Assembly (NCBI GenBank): GCA_036918135.1
Contig: JBALDB010000063.1
Location: 21,105-85,104, forward strand
Length of the DNA stretch: 64,000 bases
Direction of reading: 5' to 3'
Source: Nostoc sp.
GTDB lineage: Bacteria > Cyanobacteriota > Cyanobacteriia > Cyanobacteriales > Nostocaceae
Every line of letters begins with the position of its first letter. The first letter of the stretch is position 1. Made by a program: the position numbers and the translations under genes. The notes beneath the pieces are model-generated. The model had not been told where the DNA came from. It ran no database searches and worked only from the letters and a program-made list of their open reading frames with translations. Below, piece by piece: positions 53,884 to 64,000 of the stretch.

Positions 53884-55767
53884 CTATTTTTTTTGCCATT
53901 TTTGGATGGCATCCTGAGCATCTTCGTAAGAAGCTGTCTCCTCTGGTACTAAAGTAGCAGTTTCAATTGCGGTATTGAGTTCTCCTTCGGTAGCGCGACG
54001 CTTGGCCAAGTCTAAAATTTTCTCACTCCAGTTGTCGATCGATTTTTGGGCAGTATCAAAGCCTGGTTGACCTGCTGGTACTTTTTTAGCAACTTCGATC
54101 GCCCGATTGTATGTAGACGCCTGTCCAGACTTAATTAAGGCATTAGCTGCGTCTAAAAGAGTTTTGTTGCTCACATACTGCTTGCCTTCTAAGCGCCACA
54201 AATTAATCACCGCTTGGGCTTTGGCATAAAGCGGCTCGTCTTTGGTAATTAGTCGAGCCGCAGCAATAGCATTAGCATACTGTCTTTGTTTAGCACGACC
54301 CTCTGCTAAATCTAAAATCATCTGACTCCAAATCTTAATATTTTCCTGAGCTTGCTCATAGAGTGGTTCACCGGGTTTAATTCTCCTAGCTGTGGCTATT
54401 GCTAAGCTCAAATCACTAGCTTGAGTTTCTTGGAGCGACATTTTCGCCAAGTCCAATACTGCTTGATTGCGCTTTTGCGACTCGGAACTTGAGGCTGTCT
54501 GGGCGCTAGATTGATTTTTTTGTCTAACTGGGAGAGTGTTTTTAACTACCGAGGGGTCATCTGGGAAATTCTCGATCGCCTTAGAACTACTAACAGTAGC
54601 GTTGGGCGATCTGCTTGAAATTTCCTTAATTCTAAAAGTTTCTTGATTACGCAGAAAAACTACTGCGATTAAACCTGCTACTAGCAAGCTACCTCCACCC
54701 CACAAGATAAACTGCTTCCACAAAGAAGTGTTTGGCTGATTCTGTGGCAATCGAGAGACGTAGGCTTGGGAGGAATCAGGAATAAATCTTTCTTTCGTGT
54801 TCGCTCCTAAAGAAGTTTCTACCAGAGGATTTATCTGTGGTTGCGGCTGGGAAACTAAAAAAGCAGCCGACTGTTGAATTTCTTTTTCATTAGACTTATG
54901 AACTTTGGAATTAATAGTTGTTTCTCCCCATCTGCCCTGATTTATAGAGGAATCGTCGAGGGGGGGAGCTGCAAGGGCAACCGCAAAGGATTCTTCTGGA
55001 TAAATCAGCGCTTCTGCTTGAAAATCGTTTTCTAGTGCAAATTTTGGCAAGATTATTTGCGGTCTTGATGGGATGATAATCGCAGGGTTTTGGATAGGGC
55101 GCCAGTGGTGCTGACATAGTTTGGGTACTACCAGGCTCAGGTAGCTTTCTAAATCTGCCAAGTTGTTACCATTACCAGAACGCAAAGCTTCTAACAAAGC
55201 TGCTGTAAAGAATCCGTGACCGAGTTCGCTACTTTCATGGGAAAACTGCTCTGGCTGACAAGAAAAAATAGTGGCAAGTTCTAGTTCTTGGGCTAATTCT
55301 ATGGTTTCTTCCCCAACCGGAGCATCTGCTTGAGTACCAAAAGCACGGTTAATATCAAGCAGAAGCAATACATTCATTTCAGCCAGTTGCAGACTTTGCA
55401 TTAGCGATCGCAATTCTATGCCTGTCTCTGGCACGAGTTCGGGGTTACCCTCGGCTGGCATTAAGTAATCTTTGCCTTTGTAGTTGACCCCATAACCGCT
55501 AAAAAATAACCATAGATAGTCTTGGGGTTGCCAACATGTCGCCGCCAAATCCTCAAGCAGCAACAGAATATTCTCTTTAGTCGGATAGGTGGATCTATCT
55601 TTGATTGGTGGTGAAGTATCTGTCATCACGAAGCAGTGTCCGGGGACAAAACCTGCTTCTGTCACCAAGATATCCTTTAGTGCCTCAGCATCCGCTTGGG
55701 CACAACTTAAAGGTTGAAATAACTGATATTGATTGATGCCGATAGCGATCGCCCAGTAATTTGCCAT
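53884..55767 (-). CDS. caspase-family (C14) pseudo-orthocaspase with TM and C-terminal helical repeats
   Basis: AIAIGINQY, AQADAEAL, FFSGYG (His to Tyr), LLDINR (Cys site replaced), HGFFTAALLEAL; TM WGGGSLLVAGLIAVVFL. Confidence 0.88.
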   Translation of the reverse strand: MANYWAIAIGINQYQLFQPLSCAQADAEALKDILVTEAGFVPGHCFVMTDTSPPIKDRSTYPTKENILLLLEDLAATCWQPQDYLWLFFSGYGVNYKGKDYLMPAEGNPELVPETGIELRSLMQSLQLAEMNVLLLLDINRAFGTQADAPVGEETIELAQELELATIFSCQPEQFSHESSELGHGFFTAALLEALRSGNGNNLADLESYLSLVVPKLCQHHWRPIQNPAIIIPSRPQIILPKFALENDFQAEALIYPEESFAVALAAPPLDDSSINQGRWGETTINSKVHKSNEKEIQQSAAFLVSQPQPQINPLVETSLGANTKERFIPDSSQAYVSRLPQNQPNTSLWKQFILWGGGSLLVAGLIAVVFLRNQETFRIKEISSRSPNATVSSSKAIENFPDDPSVVKNTLPVRQKNQSSAQTASSSESQKRNQAVLDLAKMSLQETQASDLSLAIATARRIKPGEPLYEQAQENIKIWSQMILDLAEGRAKQRQYANAIAAARLITKDEPLYAKAQAVINLWRLEGKQYVSNKTLLDAANALIKSGQASTYNRAIEVAKKVPAGQPGFDTAQKSIDNWSEKILDLAKRRATEGELNTAIETATLVPEETASYEDAQDAIQKWQKK

Positions 55768-55967
55768 CCCGCTCTTTGTCGGTTATTGTTTGCTGGTTAA
55801 AAATTGCAGTTGGCTTTGCTCAAAAAACAAAGCTAACGTGATGTTTTCTAGTTTAGGTGATTCTATACGAATCTTAGGATAAAATGTAATTTTTATTACG
55901 TTAAGTAACCGGAAAATACTTTCACCTAATTTTAATTTACAAATTGTTAGTCAGGAGCTACAAGGTC

Positions 55968-56414
55968 ATGAGTCAGATTTCTGCTCACATACCATCATCG
56001 ATCGCTTCCTTTTCAGTTATTAGCCAAATTGCCAGAAGAATCCGGATAGTTCCTTTAGTAGTTTTGCTCATATCTACCGTTCCTGCGTGGTTTTTGACAG
56101 AAGCGATCGCACCTCAAGTTGTACGAGCTTACACCGCCAGAGTTGACCTGGCAATCGATCGTCTGCCAGAAGAAAACTACGAAACCATTGTGCGAAGAGC
56201 AGAAGCGGCGGCAAGAGCAGCTGCTCAGCGGAGCTTCGACCAAGATATTTTGGTGACAGATGTTTCAATTATTGTATCCGTACAAAGTTATGGAGCGATC
56301 GCACCAGTTTTGACATTAGAAGTCAGTCGTCCAGAATGGCGCAGCAGTCCGGATGCTCAAAATTGGGCGACTTACTTCAAAACTGCGCGATCGCTACTGT
56401 TGTTTGAAAAATAG
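55968..56414 (+). CDS. conserved hypothetical exported protein
   Basis: Hydrophobic N-region, then RRAEAAARAAAQRSFD...APVLTLEVSRPEW; AGGAG upstream. Confidence 0.75.
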   Translation: MSQISAHIPSSIASFSVISQIARRIRIVPLVVLLISTVPAWFLTEAIAPQVVRAYTARVDLAIDRLPEENYETIVRRAEAAARAAAQRSFDQDILVTDVSIIVSVQSYGAIAPVLTLEVSRPEWRSSPDAQNWATYFKTARSLLLFEK

Positions 56415-56644
56415 CGATCGCTCCAATCTAGTTCTAGCAGCTTGGTTCTAGAGCCAAGGGACTGGGAAAAATCAGGCAGTGTGGGGAGATTAGAAAAAAG
56501 CTTCTCAGCCCTGCCAGAGTCCCAATGCACCATGCACCCTAGTTTCTAATGTCAACTTACTTAATTCTTGGCTAAATTGGCATCTTTGGCGTCAGTGAAT
56601 GGCCTAAAATAAAAAGGTTGTCAAAAATCACGATATCTGCTGAC

Positions 56645-56818
56645 ATGGCTGTTCCTAAGAAGAAAACTTCCAAATCAAAACGAGATAAACGCCGAGCTAC
56701 TTGGAGGCACAAAGCCGCCATCGAAGCTCAGAAAGCTCTGTCTCTGGGCAAGTCTATTTTGACCGGACGTTCTACATTTGTCTATCCAAGTGCGGAAGAA
56801 GAGGAAGAAGAATCATAA
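56645..56818 (+). CDS. rpmF: 50S ribosomal protein L32
   Basis: [20 protein letters not shown]. Confidence 0.96.
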   Translation: MAVPKKKTSKSKRDKRRATWRHKAAIEAQKALSLGKSILTGRSTFVYPSAEEEEEES

Positions 56819-57275
56819 TTTTCCAGTCAGGAAACGCATGAACAGCACCGACAGATTTGATTGGCAAAAGTCACCGCTCAAACTTCTTACTAATGGATAA
56901 ATGCTTTTTCTTAGCTTTCCTGATAGGCTCGTGAATTATAGATACTCTACACAAGCTCATTAGATCCAAAAAATCGGTAGTGAGTAATTGGGAACATCCA
57001 TTACCCATTACCTATAATTTATGGGTAATGATTTAGCAAGCTAATGTACTTCCAAGTTGGACATTATCTGGTTAAGACCGCGATTAATCATTAGTCATTA
57101 GTTATTGGTTATTTGCAAATAACAAAGAACAAATAACAAAAGACAACCAGATAAAATAATTCTGGAATTTCAATGTGTTTAGCCTAATCGTAATCAGGGG
57201 TAAAGTATCTGGCGGTGTTGGCAACTTAGCACAAAAGTTTCTAAATATCTTGAGAAAACTTATTTTTCTCCCACT

Positions 57276-57881
57276 ATGTTAGGAAAATTTTTTCACAAAC
57301 CAGGAAAAGCAGACGAGGAACGTGTTCCTCCAGGTCAACATTTAGCCAAGGGTTTCCCAGTATTAACTTACGGTGCAACTCCCCAAGTTAACACTGAAGA
57401 ATGGGAGTTTCGGGTTTGGGGTTTAGCAAAACCTGCTAGCTTTAGTTGGTCAGACTTTATGGCACTACCTCAACACGAGTTCACAGCCGACTTCCACTGC
57501 GTAACGCGCTGGTCTAAACTCGATGTTAAATGGACTGGTATTAAAGTTATAGATTTCATGGAGTTGATTGAGCTAGACGCCAAAGTAGCCCACATTATGG
57601 AACATTGCTATGGCGGCTACACTACTAATATTTCTCTGGAAGATTTTATGCGAGAAGAAAACTTCTTTGCCTTTAAAGTTTTTGGTGAAGATCTTCCAGT
57701 TGAACACGGCGGGCCAATGCGGCTAGTTGTTCCTCACCTCTACGCTTGGAAAAGTGCTAAATGGATTAATGGTTTAGAGTTTTTAGCTAGTGAAGAACTT
57801 GGTTTTTGGGAGCGCAATGGCTACCACCGCCGTGGTGAACCTTGGACTGAAGAACGTTACAGCAGTGCGTTTGGGTTTTAA
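57276..57881 (+). CDS. sulfite oxidase-like molybdopterin-binding oxidoreductase
   Basis: RVPPGQ, DFHCVTRWS and EHGGPMRLVVPHLYAWKSAKW motifs. Confidence 0.92.
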   Translation: MLGKFFHKPGKADEERVPPGQHLAKGFPVLTYGATPQVNTEEWEFRVWGLAKPASFSWSDFMALPQHEFTADFHCVTRWSKLDVKWTGIKVIDFMELIELDAKVAHIMEHCYGGYTTNISLEDFMREENFFAFKVFGEDLPVEHGGPMRLVVPHLYAWKSAKWINGLEFLASEELGFWERNGYHRRGEPWTEERYSSAFGF

Positions 57882-57977
57882 TAGTTAAGAACTATTCAAT
57901 TTTGGATTTTAGATTTTGGATTGAAGGAAAAATCTAAAATCTAAAATTTTTAGCTTTAGAAGTTAATAAATAGCTTG

Positions 57978-59360
57978 TTAACCCAGAAGCTTCTTAATTA
58001 ACGGCAATTTGCTTTCATAAGGAGCATACCGGAATTTTAAATCCAGCCAGAAGGAGTTTTGTAATACGCTTTTGTGATGAGAAAAGGTGTCAAAACTAGC
58101 TTTGCCGTGATAATTGCCAATACCACTATCTCCTACTCCTCCAAATGGTAAAGATGAGACTCCAACTTGCATTATTGTATCGTTGATACAGACTCCACCT
58201 GATGAAGTTTCCTCTAAAACTCGCTTTTGCAGGTTTTTGTTTTGAGAGAAGAAGTATAACGCTAAGGGTTTTGATTTAGAGTTAATCAAGGCGATCGCTT
58301 CTGCAATATCACTGTATTCAATTATGGGCAGAATGGGGCCAAAAATTTCTTCCTGCATTACAGAATCTTCTAAGGAGACATTATTAATTATTGTGGGGGC
58401 AATATAACGCTCTGAAGATTTAGTTTCTCCACCAATAATTACTTCACCATCTTCCAGGAATTTAACTAATCTATCAAAGTGTTTTTGATTAATAATTCTG
58501 GCATAATCAGGACTCTTTACCGGATTCTCGCCATAAAATTCCCTTAAGCATTTTTCTATCCCATCTATTAAATCTTTTTTGATTTTTTTATCAACTAAAA
58601 GATAGTCAGGAGCGATACAAGTTTGTCCAGCATTAATAAATTTACCCCAAGTAATTCGTCTAGCAGTGTGTTCAAGATTAATATCAGTATCAACTATACA
58701 AGGACTTTTTCCACCCAATTCTAAAGTAACTGGTGTCAGATGTTTTGCCGCTGCTGCCATAACAATTTTGCCGACGGCTGTGCCACCGGTAAAAAAGATA
58801 TGGTCAAATTTTTCTGCTAGTAGTTTTTCACTCGCTTCTATACCTCCTTCGACTACTGCAATATAAGCTGGTTGAAAATATTTGGTAATAATTTTAGAGA
58901 CAATACCAGAAGTATGGGAAGCAATTTCTGACGGTTTAATAATTGCACAATTTCCGGCGGCGATCGCACCTATTAACGGAAAAATCATTAATTGAAATGG
59001 ATAGTTCCAAGGGGCGATAATTAACACAACTCCTAGTGGTTCTGGATAAATGCTAGCTGAGTAGGAAAAAAAATCAAAGGAAACGGGTGCTTTTTTGGGC
59101 TTAGTCCAGGTTTTGAGATGTTTTATAGCATAATCAATTTCTTTAATGACGCTGATTTCTGTTAAATAAATCTCGACTTCTGGTTTATGTAAATCTGCTT
59201 GTAAAGCCTGGATTATCTCTTGTTTATGTTCAATAATTGCTTGCTTGAGTATCTGGAGTTGCTCAAGGCGAAAATTTACATCTTTAGTTTTGCCAGTTTG
59301 AAAAAATTTATGCTGATTCTGGATTGTATCATCAACGTTAGATAATTCAGTGGTAATCAT
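57978..59360 (-). CDS. aldehyde dehydrogenase (ALDH3-like)
   Basis: PWNYP, FTGG, LELGGKSP, NAGQTCIAPDY and EEIFGP motifs. Confidence 0.95.
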   Translation of the reverse strand: MITTELSNVDDTIQNQHKFFQTGKTKDVNFRLEQLQILKQAIIEHKQEIIQALQADLHKPEVEIYLTEISVIKEIDYAIKHLKTWTKPKKAPVSFDFFSYSASIYPEPLGVVLIIAPWNYPFQLMIFPLIGAIAAGNCAIIKPSEIASHTSGIVSKIITKYFQPAYIAVVEGGIEASEKLLAEKFDHIFFTGGTAVGKIVMAAAAKHLTPVTLELGGKSPCIVDTDINLEHTARRITWGKFINAGQTCIAPDYLLVDKKIKKDLIDGIEKCLREFYGENPVKSPDYARIINQKHFDRLVKFLEDGEVIIGGETKSSERYIAPTIINNVSLEDSVMQEEIFGPILPIIEYSDIAEAIALINSKSKPLALYFFSQNKNLQKRVLEETSSGGVCINDTIMQVGVSSLPFGGVGDSGIGNYHGKASFDTFSHHKSVLQNSFWLDLKFRYAPYESKLPLIKKLLG

Positions 59361-59510
59361 TTTTTGTGCTATAAACAACTACTTATTTAATCCTAGCGCT
59401 ACCACAGTATATTTGTGGTAAGACCCTACAGCTTTGCTACCCTACAAAAAGCTTGTCTTATAAAGAATTTCAAATACTGATGAATTAATAATGTTTAATT
59501 ATTATATTTA

Positions 59511-60653
59511 TTATATTTTTTTGGGTAAAAGTACAATAAATTTACTACCTTTACCTAATTCGGAATTTAGCAAAATAACGCCTTGATGCGCTTCAACTAT
59601 TCGGCGAGCAAGGTAGAGTCCTAAGCCAGTACCAGAGCTCTTGTGACTGCCTTGGCGAAATCTTTCAAATATAGTGCTTTGTTCTTCAAAAGAAACACCC
59701 GGGCCAGTATCGGCTATCTCAATACTAATATAGTCAGTATCAGATTTTTCAGAGAATTGATATTGGCTATTTTTATCAAACTGGGTTTGATAAGTAAGAC
59801 GAATAGTCACTGAACCAGACTCGGTAAATTTAATTGCATTGCCGATTAGATTAGTGAATAAACGATGTAATTCTAAGCGATCGCCGAGTGTTATATTTGT
59901 GTTTAACTCCTCACTCAATTCCAGATTGATAGACAGTGTTTTCTCTTGAGCTAGAGGTGTCAATTCTCCAGCTACCTCTTGTAGTAATTGTGCTAAATTA
60001 ACAGGTTGCAGTGCCAAAGTTTTACGACCTGCTTCAAAGCGATAAACTTCTAATAAGGTATTAACCATAGAAAGCAAGTTGATATTGCTCCGAGCCATAA
60101 TGGCGATTACTTCCTGCATTTGCGGTGATAATGCTCCTAAAGCGCCTTGTTGGAATAGCATTAACATCCGGTCAGCTGCTACTAAGGGAGTGCGTAAGTC
60201 GTGGGTGAGGCGGGAGACAAAATCTTCTCGCTGGCGTGCTATTTCATCGCGTTCATCCATACTATGCTTTAAACGCAAAAGCGATCGCACTCTTGCTAGT
60301 AACTCGTCTACCGTTACAGGTTTGCGGATAAAATCATCAGCACCCAAGTCTAATCCCTGGGCAACGTTGGGCGTATCGTGGGCAGTGATTAGCAATATGG
60401 GAATATATTGTGATAACTTCATCTTTCCGCGAATATATTTAGTAACTTCGTATCCGTCCATACCTGGCATCATTAAATCTAACAGCACTAAGTCACAAGG
60501 AGATGCTTGTAATTGCGCTAATGCTGAAATACCATTTTCTGCGGTATTAATGGTATAACCTTCTTCCTCCAAAATAGTTTTGATTAAAAACACATTATCA
60601 GGAGAGTCATCAACAACCAGAATTTTGTCAGAACGAGAAGATTGTAAAGTCAT
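59511..60653 (-). CDS. hybrid response regulator / sensor histidine kinase
   Basis: Receiver VVDD...LLDLMMP, HisKA THDLRTPL, and NLIGNAIKF, DTGPG, GTGLGL. Confidence 0.94.
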   Translation of the reverse strand: MTLQSSRSDKILVVDDSPDNVFLIKTILEEEGYTINTAENGISALAQLQASPCDLVLLDLMMPGMDGYEVTKYIRGKMKLSQYIPILLITAHDTPNVAQGLDLGADDFIRKPVTVDELLARVRSLLRLKHSMDERDEIARQREDFVSRLTHDLRTPLVAADRMLMLFQQGALGALSPQMQEVIAIMARSNINLLSMVNTLLEVYRFEAGRKTLALQPVNLAQLLQEVAGELTPLAQEKTLSINLELSEELNTNITLGDRLELHRLFTNLIGNAIKFTESGSVTIRLTYQTQFDKNSQYQFSEKSDTDYISIEIADTGPGVSFEEQSTIFERFRQGSHKSSGTGLGLYLARRIVEAHQGVILLNSELGKGSKFIVLLPKKI

Positions 60654-61511
60654 GTCACGGCTAGATATGAGGTAAAAGTAAATTTTTGGAAGTCGATCTC
60701 GTGTTTGTATCAATTTGTCTGGTAATTCGTAGAATTGACCTCACACTTAAGATATATTATTTATTTGCAACTTGGTATTTAACGACTGTAGAATTTCCCC
60801 TGAAGTTAAGACTGGGCTGGATTTTTATCAGAAAATAATTGATTAATATAAATTATGGCTGGTAAAATTTAAAATCTCGATTCAATAAATGATGCTAAAG
60901 AATAGGTAATATTTGATGTATTAATTCCTATAGGAGACTGAAGATAAAATTGCGTAGGCGATCGCCCCTAATACACAATTTACATAGATTAACTATTAAT
61001 TTATGTTAAATTAGCCCAACAGACTACTTTAAATTTATCGAGCATTTTCATTGGACGCCGATAAGTTATAAAATATTTAACCCCATAGGCAACAAAGGAC
61101 ACGCAAAAAATCAACAGATAAGGCTTATTTAAATCGTAACTCCAGTGGAAATTAGATTTTTTAATTAGTGCTGATATTGAAAGCAAGTTTTAGGAGTGTT
61201 AATCAAGATGTCACAATCAACGTTTGGTAACAAAAGTGAGTCATGATGCATCCTTAAGTCAGGAAATCTAGACACTAGTGATTTACAAAGGAAAAGCCTT
61301 GATTTGCGCTGATCCCACAAAACTGCCTTAATTTTGGCAAGTTAAAAATATTTTCTCTAGAGTTTTACTAATTAATAAAGGTGCGTTAAGCTGCGTGAAC
61401 TCAGTCTACGCATTTAAAATTGACTTGATAAAAACACCAAATTTTAGCTTTTGTCTAGATTTTTATCAAGCAATTCAGTATAAAATCTAAAACTTAAAAT
61501 CCCAAATCCAA

Positions 61512-62903
61512 ATGGCAGACCTCACTCCTAATTCTAGTTTTAGTTTGACGATCCGCTTGCAGATTCCCAATCGCGTGGGAATGTTAGCGTCGCTAACCCA
61601 AGCGATCGCCACTACTGGTGGTAATATCGGTCAAATTGATTTAATTGACCAAAGCCGCAACGAGTCTGTGCGCGATGTTACCGTTGACGCCGCTAGTACC
61701 GAACATGCTGAGACGATTGTGCAAGCAGTCAAAGTACTGCCAGATATCAAATTACTCAGTGTTTACGATCGCACCTTCAATTTGCATCGCGGTGGCAAAA
61801 TCAGTATTGCTAGCCGAATTCCCTTAAAAAGTGTGTCTGATTTAGCAATGGCGTATACACCCGGAGTCGGTCGAATTTGTACTGCGATCGCTCAAGATCC
61901 AGAGGAAGTTTACAAGTTAACGATTAAACAAAATACTGTTGCCATTGTTACAGATGGTAGTGCAGTTTTAGGTTTGGGAAATCTCGGCCCTGCTGCTGCA
62001 CTGCCAGTTATGGAAGGCAAAGCGATGCTATTTAAGGAATTTGCAGGGCTGGATGCTTTTCCCATCTGCCTTGCTACCCAAAATACAGATGAGATTATCC
62101 AGACAGTCAAAAATCTCGCTCCGGTGTTTGGTGGTGTGAATTTAGAAGATATTGCGGCACCACGTTGTTTTGAAATTGAACAGAGATTGCGACAGGAATT
62201 AGATATTCCGGTTTTTCATGACGACCAACACGGGACTGCAATTGTCACCTTAGCAGCCTTGTTTAATGCCTTGAAGTTGGTACATAAAGCAATCGGAGAA
62301 ATCCGCATCGTGATTAACGGTGCAGGCGCGGCTGGAGTAGCGATCGCTCGCTTACTCAAGAAAGCTGGAGCAGAAAAAATCTGGATGTGCGACTCTAAAG
62401 GAATTATTTCTACCAGCCGCAGCGATTTGACAGAAGAAAAACTCGAATTTGCTGTGAAAGCTCAAGGTACCTTAGCAGGTGCAATGCAAGGCGCAGATGT
62501 TTTTATTGGAGTCAGCGTACCAGGAGTTTTGACACCGGAAATGGTGCAATCGATGGCCAAAGACCCAATTGTGTTTGCAATGGCAAATCCGATTCCCGAA
62601 ATTCAGCCAGAATTAGTCCACAAAAATGTTGCTGTGATCGCCACTGGTCGCAGTGATTATCCAAACCAAATCAACAACGTTTTAGCTTTTCCGGGAGTAT
62701 TCCGTGGTGCTTTGGATTGTCGGGCACAGACAATTACCACTACGATGTACTTAGAAGCTGCAACTGCGATCGCTTCTTTGGTCAAGCCTTCAGACTTGAA
62801 TCGGGAACATATTATTCCTTCAGTCTTTGATGAGCGCGTTGTCACTGCGGTCGCTGCTGCTGTACAACGCGCTGCACGTCAAGAAGGTATTGCTCACAAT
62901 TGA
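61512..62903 (+). CDS. NAD(P)-dependent malic enzyme with N-terminal ACT domain
   Basis: AYTPGV, PVMEGKA, NLEDI, FHDDQHGT, GAGAAG and NQINNVLAFPG motifs. Confidence 0.95.
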   Translation: MADLTPNSSFSLTIRLQIPNRVGMLASLTQAIATTGGNIGQIDLIDQSRNESVRDVTVDAASTEHAETIVQAVKVLPDIKLLSVYDRTFNLHRGGKISIASRIPLKSVSDLAMAYTPGVGRICTAIAQDPEEVYKLTIKQNTVAIVTDGSAVLGLGNLGPAAALPVMEGKAMLFKEFAGLDAFPICLATQNTDEIIQTVKNLAPVFGGVNLEDIAAPRCFEIEQRLRQELDIPVFHDDQHGTAIVTLAALFNALKLVHKAIGEIRIVINGAGAAGVAIARLLKKAGAEKIWMCDSKGIISTSRSDLTEEKLEFAVKAQGTLAGAMQGADVFIGVSVPGVLTPEMVQSMAKDPIVFAMANPIPEIQPELVHKNVAVIATGRSDYPNQINNVLAFPGVFRGALDCRAQTITTTMYLEAATAIASLVKPSDLNREHIIPSVFDERVVTAVAAAVQRAARQEGIAHN

Positions 62904-63096
62904 GCGACTGCAAATATTAACTCAAGCTGTCAGTTATAGCTCAATTAAGTTGAGTTTAGATAATTGACACTTAAGTTATTAGTTATCAGTTTTGTCCGTT
63001 GGGTCAAAGTCCCGACGAAAAAGGTGAAGCGTTGGTGGCGGGTTTAAATCCTCCACCATACACCTATTTTACTCTTCGCTGATTTGATGATATTAA

Positions 63097-63702
63097 CTAC
63101 CGACACTGGCGATATTTAATGTGATAAACCAAACCACGATGGGCAAGGTCAAAGGAATCAACAGTTGCCATTCCTTGACCACTGGCGGTCATCGCAGCAT
63201 TCACCCGCATATTTACACTGTCGCCACAACTTGACCAGACATCAGCTACAGTCACTAATTTATCCCGAACATTGTAGTCACTTTCGCCTCTAAATGTCCT
63301 AGAAAAAACAGGGCCGCGCTGACCGGCAAAAAAGTACTCTGCTCTTAGTCTGCCAATTGTCGAGGGAGCAACATAGCCTCGATAATCGGCATCGTAAAGG
63401 GAAATTTGAAAGCCTTGAGGTACTTTAATCGGAATACTTAAATTACAGCTTTTGCGTCTTTCTGCTGCGTTATTTCCTATGGCCATAAACTTATCAAATA
63501 AAATACTTAGCTCTTGACCGTCAGGGCTGACACTTACACTAGCAGATCCGCCAGGGCAACCATTACCACCGTAATCTGCACCTAAAATTTCTACCTTATC
63601 GGCAGCAAAGGCGGGGCCAACAGAAGCAGTCATTAATGTAGCAGCAGCCAAAGAAACTTTTGCAAACCTCATCGAAGTTTGCAGGAAATTTTGATTATTC
63701 AT
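63097..63702 (-). CDS. DUF4360 family secreted protein
   Basis: Signal peptide; YGGNGCP, RKSCNL and ADYRGY motifs; C-terminal Cys. Confidence 0.85.
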   Translation of the reverse strand: MNNQNFLQTSMRFAKVSLAAATLMTASVGPAFAADKVEILGADYGGNGCPGGSASVSVSPDGQELSILFDKFMAIGNNAAERRKSCNLSIPIKVPQGFQISLYDADYRGYVAPSTIGRLRAEYFFAGQRGPVFSRTFRGESDYNVRDKLVTVADVWSSCGDSVNMRVNAAMTASGQGMATVDSFDLAHRGLVYHIKYRQCR

Positions 63703-63906
63703 AACTTACCTGTTTTGAGTATTTTTAACTAGTTCTAAGTGAAAATTTCCAACCATAGTTGGTACGTCAATTTTCGTATGTCTTACGACTTATACAAGTT
63801 TCAATTTGTTTCCCAAGCAAACAAACTTAGCTTTTTTAGAGGAAATTTAATTGAAATATGGGAAATTTAATAGCATCATCTTTACACTTGTTGACGTAGT
63901 TAGAGC

Positions 63907-63978
63907 GGGAGCATCCCAATTTTGCAAAAAGAGGGTGAAAAGACCGATTTATTCGCGAGTCTCACTCGCGAATAAATC
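63907..63978. repeat. start of a small repeat element containing a 15-bp perfect hairpin
   Basis: GGGAGCATCCCAATTTTGCAAAAA, then GATTTATTCGCGAGT-CTC-ACTCGCGAATAAATC at 63946-63978. Confidence 0.6.
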
Positions 63979-64000
63979 AGGGCTGTACATCAACACAAGA

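Noticed and set aside
53402..57881. Nitrogenase/molybdenum gene cluster
   Set aside because: The 'Mo-nitrogenase C-terminal' domain name is not evidence of nitrogenase function, no nif genes are present, and the Moco oxidoreductase is separated by unrelated genes.

Overview
This 64 kb window is chromosomal DNA from a heterocyst-forming cyanobacterium (Nostoc/Anabaena-like). The assignment rests on dense HIP1 octamers (GCGATCGC), heptameric STRR tandem repeats, many small intergenic palindromic elements, and genes such as plmA, a multi-GAF cyanobacteriochrome and GUN4/Uma2 domains. Most of it is core housekeeping: rnz, ddl, murJ, trhO, rps1b, plmA, tig-clpP-clpX, asd-dapA-rnj, rpmF, malic enzyme and two tRNAs (Asn-GTT, Ala-TGC). 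Signalling genes are interspersed: an MHYT-GAF sensor, a Ser/Thr kinase, an atypical NarL regulator, a 5-GAF CBCR histidine kinase, a hybrid kinase and a pseudo-orthocaspase. The most unusual part is a ~2.2 kb accessory islet at ~33.9-36.1 kb. It holds a divergent pair of small putative DNA-binding proteins around a 12-bp hairpin, and a TIR-GUN4 fusion whose 3' end encodes two alternative C-terminal tails separated by one base in a T6 run. Also notable are a large non-catalytic PPC-repeat/RTX secreted protein, a frameshifted crtO remnant and several nested MITE-like repeats. I found no CRISPR array, rRNA, intact transposase, integrase or reverse transcriptase. All family calls come from motif recognition by eye; no searches were run.
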